Below are positions 48,904 to 58,494 of a stretch of DNA of 64,000 nt, piece by piece. The notes under the pieces are model-generated. The model saw only the letters and a program-made list of their open reading frames with translations. It had not been told where the DNA came from and made no database searches. Numbering within the stretch: the stretch's first letter is position 1; each line of letters starts with the position of its first letter. Origin of the DNA: Bdellovibrionales bacterium (lineage in GTDB: Bacteria > Bdellovibrionota > Bdellovibrionia > Bdellovibrionales > JAUICD01); the NCBI GenBank assembly GCA_965203275.1, contig OZ241865.1, forward strand, positions 1,984,001 to 2,048,000, given 5' to 3'. The translations under genes and the position numbers were made by a program.

Positions 48904-51900
48904 ATGACCTTCAATCAACTACTCCAATATATTAGAGACAAGGCGAAACACTTACGGGAAAAAGGCGATTTATTTGAAAGAGCTATTAAAAACTTTCTAA
49001 AAAAATCACCTGAACATAATTTTGAAAATGTTTGGATGTGGAGCGATTGGCCAGACCATAAAAAGTATGATATCCAAAAACAAGATATGGGCATCGACCT
49101 TGTCGCTAAAGAAAAAGAAACTGGAAACTACATTGCTATTCAATGCAAATGTTTTAATGAAGACACCCAAATCACTAAAAAACATATTGATAGCTTTTTA
49201 GCTCATTCAGGTAAGAAGCCTTTTACCTCAAGGTTGATCGTCACTACAACTGACCAATGGAATCAGGATGCTATCAAAGCAACTAAAAATCTTGATAAGA
49301 GATGTAAGATTTTAACCTCAAGTGATCTAGAAGAGTTAGAGTTTGACTGGACTTTAAAAGGTGATGTGCAACAAAAAGAAAAACTAACTCCAAAAGACCA
49401 TCAAGAAGATGCACTCCGTAAAGCCAAAGAACACTTTCAGAATCATAACAGAGGTAAGCTAATTATGGCTTGCGGGACTGGCAAAACCTTAACATCCCTC
49501 CACATTGCTGAAAAAGTTACCTCTAAAAATGGCATTATATTATTTTTAGCCCCTTCTATTTCTTTGGTATCTCAAGCATTAAGGGTCTATGCATATCAAA
49601 GGCAACACACTCAAAACTACTTAGTGGTTTGCTCTGATAACAAGGCAGGCAAAGATTCTGATGGAGTGGATGTAGATGATTTGCAAATATCTCCTACGAC
49701 AGATGCCTTCAAAATAGCAAAGATGCTTAGAAAAACATCCAATACAAGAACAGTTGTTTTCTCAACATATCAATCATTGGATAAAATCAAAGAAGCTCAA
49801 AGTAAGGGCAGTCCAAAGTTTGATCTTGTGATCTGTGACGAAGCCCATCGCACCACAGGTATAGAGGCTACTTCAAAAGAAAATGGAAAAACTCAAGGCA
49901 ACTTTTTTACTTTGATTAATAAGGATGATTATATCAAAGCTTATAAGAGGCTTTATATGACAGCAACTCCTCGTATATACAGCGATACAGCTCAAACAAA
50001 AGCACAGAAAGATCAAGTAGAGCTTTGTTCTATGGATGACGAAAGCATTTATGGTAAAGAGTTTTATAGATTGGACTTTTCAAAAGCTATAGAAAGAAAG
50101 CTTTTATCCGATTATAAAGTGATTATCCTTACAATTGATCAAAAGTATATCAGTGATCATATTCAAGGTTCATTAAAGGATACAGTACTTAATGATGCCT
50201 CTAAGTTAGTGGGTTGTTATAGAGCATTGAAAGATCAAGGGGAAGGAGCTAAAGGAGTTATGCTTAAAAAAGCAGTTGCTTTTCTAAATACAATTAAAGA
50301 TTCTAAAGAATGTGCTAAGTGCTTTTCGCAAGTAGTGGATAGTTTAAAGGAAAATCAAAACGACGGGTTTACATGTCGAACAAAACACATAGACGGCACT
50401 GACAATACAATTGAAAGAAATAAAAAACTAGAATGGTTGAAAGAAGATGCAGGACAAACAGAAGCTCAAGAACATATATGCCGTATATTGTTTAACTCAA
50501 AATGCCTCACAGAGGGCATTGATGTCCCCAGCTTAGATGCTATTTTGTTTTTACAACCTAGGAAATCTCAAGTAGACGTTGTGCAAGCTGTGGGTCGAGC
50601 TATGAGGAAGTCAAAAGATAAAAAATATGGCTATGTGATCCTTCCTGTGGTGATACCTGCCGGGAGCGACGCAGTGAAGGCACTTGATAATAATGAGACT
50701 TATAAAGTGGTTTGGCAAGTTTTAAATGCCTTGCGTTCACATGATGATAAATTTAATGCCATGATCAATGATATTAACTTAAATAAAAAAGCCCCAGAAA
50801 AAATCAATATCGTAGGTGTAGGTAGCCCTAGCGATGGCATAAGTGATGTAGACAAAGAAAGTATTACTCAAGCTACATCAACTCAATTAAGTTTATTACC
50901 ATCAGGGCATGAAAAAATATATGCCAAGATTGTAGAAAAGTGCGGTGATCGACTTTATCAAGATAAGTGGATTGCTAAAGTTAAAACTTTTTATGAAACT
51001 ATCACAACTCGAATAAATAGCCTCTTAGAAAAAGATATAAAAGTAAAAACAGAATTTACAAAATATCATAAAAGTTTAAAGTCTATTATTCATGCTGAGA
51101 TCAGCCAAGAAGATTCTGTCTCTATGTTAGCAGAGCATCTGCTGACTAAAAGAGCTTTTGATAAAATCTTTGAAGGGTATGAGTTTTCAAAGAATAATCC
51201 TATTTCTGTCGCCATGGATAAAACAATTAGAAGACTACAAGGCTATGCCATAGAAAATGAAATCAAAGAACTTGAAACCTTCTATAATGCAATCAGTAAG
51301 AGAGTTGAAGGGATCGATAACAGTGCCGGTCGTCAAAAGATTATCAAGGAACTTTACGAGGACTTTATCAAAACAGCCTTCCCTAAAACAGCAGAAAAAT
51401 TAGGCATAGCTTATACACCGATTGAAATTGTGGACTTTATTTTAAAGTCAGCAGATATCCTTTTGAAGCAGGAATTTAATGGCAGAGGGCTAACCAGTGA
51501 GGGTGTGCATATTATTGATGCATTTGCTGGCACAGGTATTTTTATTAACCGATTGATTAATAATAAAAACTTGATTTTAGATAAGGACTTAGCGAGGAAA
51601 TTTGAAAAAGAACTCCATGCCAATGAAATATTGTTATTGCCGTATTATGTAGCCTCTATCAATATTGAGGAGGCTTATCATAACCGCATAAGTGGTAATT
51701 ATCAACCCTTCCCTGGTATTGTTTTGACAGATACGTTTAACTTGGTCAGTGGACTGACACAAGGGCATTTTGAAGATCACTTTAAGCAAAACAAGGATAG
51801 GATAGAAAGACAAAAGCAAGCACCTATTCAAGTGATTGTAGGCAATCCCCCTTATTCAGGTGGGCAACAGTCTGAAAACGACGGCAATAAAAATACTTCT

Positions 51901-53601
51901 CATCCAGAACTAGAAGAGAGAATAAAAGAAACTTATGTTAAAGAAAGCAATGTGCAGAATAAAAATGCTCTATATGACTCTTATATAAAGGCTATTCGGT
52001 GGGCTTCAGATCGGATTGAAAAACAAGGTATTATTGGTTTTGTCCACAATGGTTCGTTAATAGATGGTAGAGCTACTATCGGGCTTAGAAAGTGCCTAGT
52101 TAAAGAATTTGATGCTATTTATTGTTTTAATTTAAGAGGTCATATTAAGAAGTTTGACAAAAAAGAAGGTGAAAATATCTTTGGTCAAAAATCCATGTGT
52201 TCCATAGCCATAACTTTTCTGATTAAGCATAATCAAGTAGAGCAGAAGCAAAAGAAAGATGCTGTGATTAAATACTATGATATTGGTGATTATTTAAAGC
52301 GAGAGCAAAAACTTAAAATTATTGATGATTTTACTTCTATCCAAAAGATAAATTGGCAAAATATCACACCAGGTCCTTATGGGGATTGGATTCATCAGAG
52401 AGATCCATCTTTTGATAGCTTCCTGCCTTTAGGTGATAAAAAGTCAAAAGAAAGTATTTTTACTTTACATAGTAGAGGAGTTTGTACATGTAGAGATAAC
52501 TGGGCTTATAACTTTAGTACAAAAAAGGTTAAAGATAATATGCAGAGGATGATTGACTTTTATAATCAAGAGCTTGAGAGGTTAAAAGATCAAAAGATCA
52601 CTAAGAAAAACTTTGATGCCATTGCCAACCTAGATAAAGAAAAAGTAAAGTGGTGTAATCGTCTCACACAAGATTTTATAAGACAAAAAAGAGGAGCATT
52701 TGATAAAGAACAAATTAGGCCATCAAGTTATCGCCCTTTTACAAAATCTTATCTTTATTTTGATAAAATGTTTAATAATGCCATCTATCAAAACCCGAAA
52801 ATTTTCCCTGAACCTACTACAGAAAATAAAATAATTTGTGTTAGTGGAGTAGGTGCAAATAATTTTTCTGTCCTAATAACAGATCAAATTTCAAGTGTTG
52901 ACTATATCAACAAAACTCAATGCTTCCCACTTTATTATTACGACATCTCAGATCAAAAAGCTACTAAAAGAGATAGCATTACAGACTTTGCCTTACAACA
53001 ATTCCAAAAGCACTATAAAGATCAATCCATCATCAAAGAAGATATATTTTATTATATTTATGGATTGCTACATTCTAAAGATTATCAACAAAGGTATAAA
53101 AACAACTTAACTAAGGAGTTACCACGCATTCCTTTTGTCCCACAATTTAAAGACTTCTCAAAGATAGGTCAACAGCTTGCCAATTTGCATTTAAACTACG
53201 AAGACCAAAGACAAAATCCAAAGGTACATATTAAAAAAGACAATCAAACTGTCCTTTTAAGCTCTCTCAAAACAGAAGACTTAAAGGTTAAGAAAATGAA
53301 ACCTAACAAAAAAGATCAATCAAAGATTATATTTAATGATAGCATCACCATTGAGAATATCCCACAAGAAGCGTGGAATTATGAAATCAATGGACAATCT
53401 GCCATTAAGTATGTTACAGATAGATACCAAGTGAAGACAGACAAAGACTCTCAAATCACAAACAATCCAAATGATTATTCAGAGGATCCAGCTTATATTC
53501 TTAAATTGCTTTTAAGTGTGATCACTGTTTCCCTTAAAACTCAAAAGCTTATAGATACCTTGCCTGCCATTAACTTTGACAAGCTCGCTCAAGCATCTTA
53601 A
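48904..53601 (+). CDS. Type ISP (LlaGI/LlaBIII-like) restriction-modification enzyme
   Basis: Mrr-like GIDLVA...AIQCK; SF2 MACGTGKT, DEAH, TATP, QAVGRAMR; MTase DAFAGTG and GNPPY; C-terminal TRD region YRPFTK...ELPRIP. Confidence 0.93.
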   Translation: MTFNQLLQYIRDKAKHLREKGDLFERAIKNFLKKSPEHNFENVWMWSDWPDHKKYDIQKQDMGIDLVAKEKETGNYIAIQCKCFNEDTQITKKHIDSFLAHSGKKPFTSRLIVTTTDQWNQDAIKATKNLDKRCKILTSSDLEELEFDWTLKGDVQQKEKLTPKDHQEDALRKAKEHFQNHNRGKLIMACGTGKTLTSLHIAEKVTSKNGIILFLAPSISLVSQALRVYAYQRQHTQNYLVVCSDNKAGKDSDGVDVDDLQISPTTDAFKIAKMLRKTSNTRTVVFSTYQSLDKIKEAQSKGSPKFDLVICDEAHRTTGIEATSKENGKTQGNFFTLINKDDYIKAYKRLYMTATPRIYSDTAQTKAQKDQVELCSMDDESIYGKEFYRLDFSKAIERKLLSDYKVIILTIDQKYISDHIQGSLKDTVLNDASKLVGCYRALKDQGEGAKGVMLKKAVAFLNTIKDSKECAKCFSQVVDSLKENQNDGFTCRTKHIDGTDNTIERNKKLEWLKEDAGQTEAQEHICRILFNSKCLTEGIDVPSLDAILFLQPRKSQVDVVQAVGRAMRKSKDKKYGYVILPVVIPAGSDAVKALDNNETYKVVWQVLNALRSHDDKFNAMINDINLNKKAPEKINIVGVGSPSDGISDVDKESITQATSTQLSLLPSGHEKIYAKIVEKCGDRLYQDKWIAKVKTFYETITTRINSLLEKDIKVKTEFTKYHKSLKSIIHAEISQEDSVSMLAEHLLTKRAFDKIFEGYEFSKNNPISVAMDKTIRRLQGYAIENEIKELETFYNAISKRVEGIDNSAGRQKIIKELYEDFIKTAFPKTAEKLGIAYTPIEIVDFILKSADILLKQEFNGRGLTSEGVHIIDAFAGTGIFINRLINNKNLILDKDLARKFEKELHANEILLLPYYVASINIEEAYHNRISGNYQPFPGIVLTDTFNLVSGLTQGHFEDHFKQNKDRIERQKQAPIQVIVGNPPYSGGQQSENDGNKNTSHPELEERIKETYVKESNVQNKNALYDSYIKAIRWASDRIEKQGIIGFVHNGSLIDGRATIGLRKCLVKEFDAIYCFNLRGHIKKFDKKEGENIFGQKSMCSIAITFLIKHNQVEQKQKKDAVIKYYDIGDYLKREQKLKIIDDFTSIQKINWQNITPGPYGDWIHQRDPSFDSFLPLGDKKSKESIFTLHSRGVCTCRDNWAYNFSTKKVKDNMQRMIDFYNQELERLKDQKITKKNFDAIANLDKEKVKWCNRLTQDFIRQKRGAFDKEQIRPSSYRPFTKSYLYFDKMFNNAIYQNPKIFPEPTTENKIICVSGVGANNFSVLITDQISSVDYINKTQCFPLYYYDISDQKATKRDSITDFALQQFQKHYKDQSIIKEDIFYYIYGLLHSKDYQQRYKNNLTKELPRIPFVPQFKDFSKIGQQLANLHLNYEDQRQNPKVHIKKDNQTVLLSSLKTEDLKVKKMKPNKKDQSKIIFNDSITIENIPQEAWNYEINGQSAIKYVTDRYQVKTDKDSQITNNPNDYSEDPAYILKLLLSVITVSLKTQKLIDTLPAINFDKLAQAS

Positions 53602-53766
53602 ACTTTTGAGTTTGATAGATGAGTTCATTGAGTTGATTTATGTAGTTTCTATTTTTTTAAATTCTGCTTGCTTTTAAAAAGCTTGACATGGTAATTAATC
53701 GATTATAAAATAATAAAAATACATTGTAGATTATTATAATAAAATAGATAGGAGCAAAAGGCAAAT

Positions 53767-54633
53767 ATGGCTAATCAAAACAACAAAAAGAAAAAAGAAT
53801 CTGATAATACACCTGAAGCAGTGTGGAAGGCACTGAAAGAAGTTATTGCTGTGCAGAAAAATCTAGCTCAACAAATAGACGAGACACGGCAAAGTATAGA
53901 CAAAGTAAGTAAAGAGACGCGTCAGAATATAGACAAAGCGAGCAAAGAGACACAGCAAAATATAGACAAATTAAGTGGAGAGATAGACAAGGTGAGTAAA
54001 GAGACACAACAAAATATAGACAAAGTAAGTGGAGAGATAGACAAGGTGAGTAAAGAGACACAACAAAATATAGACAAAGTAAGTGGAGAGATAGACAAGG
54101 TGAGTAAAAAGACACAGCAAAATATAGACAAGATAACAAGACAGACAGCAAATAATATTAATAAATTAAGAGGTGATTGGGACAATCGATGGGGTGATTT
54201 TGTAGAGATTCTTATTTCTGAAAATGTAGAAAGGCTATTTGAAGATTATGGCATCATCAAAGGTGAGGTAGAAACTATCAACAAAAAAACCTACTGTTTT
54301 AAGGATGGTGCCACTCAGCTTGAGTTTGAGTTTGATTCTATCACCATCAATGGTGATAAAGTCATTATAACAGAAGCTAAAAAGAAAATGACAAAAACAA
54401 AAGTAAAAAACTTTATTAAAAAAGTACAAAGTTTTCTAGCTATCAAAGACAATGGATTTTCCAATAAAAAAGTTTACATTGCTATAGGTTATTTAAAGGC
54501 AGACAATGAGAAGCTCCTGATCAAATATGCAGAGGGACAAGGATTATTTGTGATTAAGGCAGTTGGTGACAGTGCTAAGCTTGTGAACTCACCTCAAACT
54601 TTCAAACCCAAGCAAGTGAACTTAAATTTGTAA
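53767..54633 (+). CDS. Coiled-coil plus PD-(D/E)XK-like protein, paralog 2 (longest coiled coil)
   Basis: Near-identical to paralog 1 with extra 54-bp repeat units. Confidence 0.8.
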   Translation: MANQNNKKKKESDNTPEAVWKALKEVIAVQKNLAQQIDETRQSIDKVSKETRQNIDKASKETQQNIDKLSGEIDKVSKETQQNIDKVSGEIDKVSKETQQNIDKVSGEIDKVSKKTQQNIDKITRQTANNINKLRGDWDNRWGDFVEILISENVERLFEDYGIIKGEVETINKKTYCFKDGATQLEFEFDSITINGDKVIITEAKKKMTKTKVKNFIKKVQSFLAIKDNGFSNKKVYIAIGYLKADNEKLLIKYAEGQGLFVIKAVGDSAKLVNSPQTFKPKQVNLNL

Positions 54634-54859
54634 TTCTTTTCATTTCCTGTTCCATCATCATCAAGCTCGCTTGCCCTTAAACTTAAGTTTGATAGATAGA
54701 TGATTTCATTGAGTTGATTTATGTAGTTTCTATTTTTTTAAATTCTGCTTGCTTTTAAAAGGCTTGACATGGTAATCAATCGATTATAAAATAATAAAAA
54801 CACTTGTAGATTATTATAATAAAATAGATTAGAAGCAAAAGGCAAATATGGGGGCAAAT

Positions 54860-55606
54860 ATGGCTAATCAAAAAAAGAAAAAAGAATCTGATCATACACC
54901 TGAAGCAGTGTGGAAGGCACTGAAAGAAGTTATTGCTGTGCAGAAAAATCTAGCTCAAAAAATGGAAGAGACACGTCAAAATGTAGACAAATTAAGTGGA
55001 GAGATAGACAAGGTGAGTAAAGAGACACGGCAAAATATAGACAAGGTGAGTAAAGAGACGCGTCAGAATATAGACAAAGCGAGTAAACAGACACAGCAAA
55101 ATATAGACAAAGTGACAAGACAGACAGCAAATAATATTAATAAATTAAGAGGTGATTGGGACAATCGATGGGGTGATTTTGTAGAGATTCTTATTTCTGA
55201 AAATGTAGAAAGGCTATTTGAAGATTATGGGATTATCAAAGGCAAGGTAGAAACTGTCAATAAAAAAGTCTACTGCTCTGCGAATGGTGCCACTCAGTTT
55301 GAGTTTGATTCTATCACCATCAATGGTGACAAAGTCATTATAACAGAAGCTAAAAAGAAAATGACAAAAACAAAAGTAAAAAACTTTATTAAAAAAGTAC
55401 AAAGTTTTCTAGCTATCAAAGACAATGAGTTTTCTAATAAAAAAGTTTACATTGCTATAGGTTATTTGAAAGCAGACAATGAGAAGCTACTTATTGAATA
55501 TGCAGAGGGACAGGGATTATTTGTGATTAAGGCAGTTGGTGACAGTGCTAAACTTGTGAATTCACCTCAAACTTTCAAACCCAAACAAGTGAACTTAAAT
55601 TTGTAA
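54860..55606 (+). CDS. Coiled-coil plus PD-(D/E)XK-like protein, paralog 3
   Basis: Same family; GGCAAATATGG duplicated at the start (alternative ATG 54848). Confidence 0.8.
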   Translation: MANQKKKKESDHTPEAVWKALKEVIAVQKNLAQKMEETRQNVDKLSGEIDKVSKETRQNIDKVSKETRQNIDKASKQTQQNIDKVTRQTANNINKLRGDWDNRWGDFVEILISENVERLFEDYGIIKGKVETVNKKVYCSANGATQFEFDSITINGDKVIITEAKKKMTKTKVKNFIKKVQSFLAIKDNEFSNKKVYIAIGYLKADNEKLLIEYAEGQGLFVIKAVGDSAKLVNSPQTFKPKQVNLNL

Positions 55607-55799
55607 TTCTTTTCATTTTCTGCTCCATCACCATCAAGCTCGCTTGCCCTTAAACTTAAGTTTGATAGATAGATGATTTCATTGAGTTGATTTATGTAGT
55701 TTCTATTTTTTTAAATTCTGCTTGCTTTTAAAAAGCTTGACATGGTAATTAATCGATTATAAAATAATAAAAAGTACATTGTAAATTATTATAATAAAG

Positions 55800-55958
55800 A
55801 CATTTTCCTTAACATTTCACTCAAAATGCATCATGCCTCTGGCATGTTTTCTGGCAGTTAGCCCGACGGCTACCGCCGTCATCAAAGGCTAACTGCCCAA
55901 AAATAGCCAGAGGCTAGTTCAATTTTAGGGAAACAGAGGCTAGTTTACTTTTAGTGAA
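55800..55958. repeat. Collapsed version of the 47175-47760 family A cluster
   Basis: Same two ends, joined at GGCTAACTGCC. Confidence 0.88.
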
Positions 55959-55966
55959 GGAAAAAT

Positions 55967-56686
55967 ATGGCTAATCAAAACAACAAAAAGAAAAAAGAAT
56001 CTGATCATACACCTGAATCAGTGTGGAAGGCACTGAAAGAAGTTATTGCTGTGCAGAAAAATCTAGCTCAAAAAATGGAAGAGACACGTCAAAATGTAGA
56101 CAAATTAAGTGGAGAGATAGACAAGGTGAGTAAAGAGACGCGTCAGAATATAGACAAAGCGAGTAAACAGACACAGCAAAATATAGACAAAGTGACAAGA
56201 CAGACAGCAAATAATATTAATAAATTAAGAGGTGATTGGGACAATCGATGGGGTGATTTTGTAGAGATTCTTATTTCTGAAAATGTAGAAAGGCTATTTG
56301 AAGATTATGGGATTATCAAAGGCAAGGTAGAAACTGTCAATAAAAAAGTCTACTGCTCTGCGAATGGTGCCACTCAGTTTGAGTTTGATTCTATCACCAT
56401 CAATGGTGACAAAGTCATTATAACAGAAGCTAAAAAGAAAATGACAAAAACAAAAGTAAAAAACTTTATTAAAAAAGTACAAAGTTTTCTAGCTATCAAA
56501 GACAATGAGTTTTCTAATAAAAAAGTTTACATTGCTATAGGTTATTTGAAAGCAGACAATGAGAAGCTACTTATTGAATATGCAGAGGGACAAGGATTAT
56601 TTGTGATTAAGGCAGTTGGTGACAGTGCTAAACTTGTGAACTCACCTCAAACTTTCAAACCCAAGCAAGTGAACTTAAATTTGTAA
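55967..56686 (+). CDS. Coiled-coil plus PD-(D/E)XK-like protein, paralog 4
   Basis: C-terminal domain identical to paralog 3, one 11-aa unit shorter. Confidence 0.8.
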   Translation: MANQNNKKKKESDHTPESVWKALKEVIAVQKNLAQKMEETRQNVDKLSGEIDKVSKETRQNIDKASKQTQQNIDKVTRQTANNINKLRGDWDNRWGDFVEILISENVERLFEDYGIIKGKVETVNKKVYCSANGATQFEFDSITINGDKVIITEAKKKMTKTKVKNFIKKVQSFLAIKDNEFSNKKVYIAIGYLKADNEKLLIEYAEGQGLFVIKAVGDSAKLVNSPQTFKPKQVNLNL

Positions 56687-57013
56687 TTCTTTTCATTTCC
56701 TGCTCCATCATCATCAAGCTCGCTTGCCCTTAAACTTGAGTAAGATTTTGTGCCACTAGGATGTGAGTTTTTTAACCTAAGAAATTATTAAGGTATTCTT
56801 TAAAATGGTAAAGAGCAACTAACGAGGAGTGGATATTAGGCGGAAAGAAATTGAAAATGTTGAGAAAAAGAAATAGCAAAAACGGCTAGAAATAGCTCCT
56901 GAGTTTGACAGTTCAATTCTATTTTGCTCAAATTTTTCACAAAGTTTGATAACAAATAGAACCTTGAACTGGGTATGAGTCAAAAAAATATCAAAAAATT
57001 GGTCAATTGCTAT

Positions 57014-58348
57014 CTACTTTTGTAATGAAAAGTTTTGGATACGTTCTTGCCATATTTTGGTTTCCCATTTAACTTCTGCAATATCTATTGTCTTAAGATT
57101 TCCTTCTTGCAACACGCGACGTCCTGCTATCCACACATCGCGAACGTGACCACTGTTTGCAGTATATACGATTTGAGAGATGGGATTGTAGACTGGTTGT
57201 GTGTCTACTCCACGAAGATCAATAGCCACAATATCTGCTGCTTTACCAGGCTTAAGTGATCCGAGTTGATCATCAAGTCCAAGGCTACAGGCTCCACCAA
57301 GGGTTGCCATATACAATACCTCCATAGCTGTGTTAGCTACTGCTTTTCCAGCCTTAAGCTTGCCAAGAAATGCTGCCGTACGCATCTCTCCTAACATATC
57401 TAAGTCATTATTACTTGCTGCTCCATCTGTTCCAAGTGCAGTATTCACACCAGATGATCTTAATTGAGGAACTGGACAAACTCCACTTGCTAACTTGAGG
57501 TTTGACTCTGGACAATGCACAACTGATGCACCACTACGGGCTAACATCTCAATTTCTTCTGGAAGAAGTTGAGTTGCATGAACTGCAATAAGCTGTTTGT
57601 TGACAAGACCAAGTTTGGCAAGACGTGCGAGGGGACGCTCTTTAGTTTCATGCATTGCTTGTGCAATCTCTTGTTGCGTCTCGTGTACATGAATATGTAC
57701 TGGAAGGTCAAGTTGACTAGAGATTTCTCTGACTTTCTCTAAAGATTGTTCACTGACTGTATGAGGTGCATGGGGTGCAAGTGCAGATGTGATCAGAGGA
57801 CTATCTTTAAATGCACTTTGTACTTCAAGTCCTCGTGAAAAGTATGATGCCGAATCTTTTGCCCAAGCTGTAGGCATTTCTATAATAATAATGCCAAGTA
57901 TGGCCCGAATTCCAGCTGCACTAGCGACTTCTCCCACTATGTCCGGAAAAAGATACATGTCGTTAAAGCAAGTTGTGCCACTTTTTAACATCTCAGCAAC
58001 AGCAAGACATGTTCCGGTACGCACAAAGTTTTCTCTAACAAACTGGGTTTCTAATGGCCAGATGTGTTCGGTCAACCATTTCTGAAGCGGTATATCATCG
58101 GCAAGTCCACGGAACAAAGTCATTGCAGCATGGGTATGAGCATTAACAAACCCAGGTACTAGAGCATGGCCATCAAGGTGTACTTTTTCTTTAAAAGTAA
58201 ATTTTAGATCCAGTTCTTGAGGATTTCCCAGGGTGATAATGTTCCCTTTATGCACTGCAATAGCATGGTCTTCAAGAACACACTCAGTAGGTTCAACTGG
58301 AATGGTCCACGAAGCACTAAGCATAAGATCTGCAGATTCTTTTTTCAC
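57014..58348 (-). CDS. TRZ/ATZ family amidohydrolase (MtaD-like methylthioadenosine/S-adenosylhomocysteine deaminase)
   Basis: PGFVNAHTH, APHAP, HIHVHET, HCPESNLKLASG, LGTDGAASNNDLD. Confidence 0.9.
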   Translation of the reverse strand: MKKESADLMLSASWTIPVEPTECVLEDHAIAVHKGNIITLGNPQELDLKFTFKEKVHLDGHALVPGFVNAHTHAAMTLFRGLADDIPLQKWLTEHIWPLETQFVRENFVRTGTCLAVAEMLKSGTTCFNDMYLFPDIVGEVASAAGIRAILGIIIIEMPTAWAKDSASYFSRGLEVQSAFKDSPLITSALAPHAPHTVSEQSLEKVREISSQLDLPVHIHVHETQQEIAQAMHETKERPLARLAKLGLVNKQLIAVHATQLLPEEIEMLARSGASVVHCPESNLKLASGVCPVPQLRSSGVNTALGTDGAASNNDLDMLGEMRTAAFLGKLKAGKAVANTAMEVLYMATLGGACSLGLDDQLGSLKPGKAADIVAIDLRGVDTQPVYNPISQIVYTANSGHVRDVWIAGRRVLQEGNLKTIDIAEVKWETKIWQERIQNFSLQK

Positions 58349-58494
58349 TTACAATGTCTACCCTTCTTTAGGATGACTTATCTATGATCATTCAATGAGC
58401 TTTCAGATAGTTCTTTATTAATTTATTGACCAAGGGTCTAATTTATTCATACAAAAATCAATAGTCAATAACAATATTATAATTGATGTAAGTA

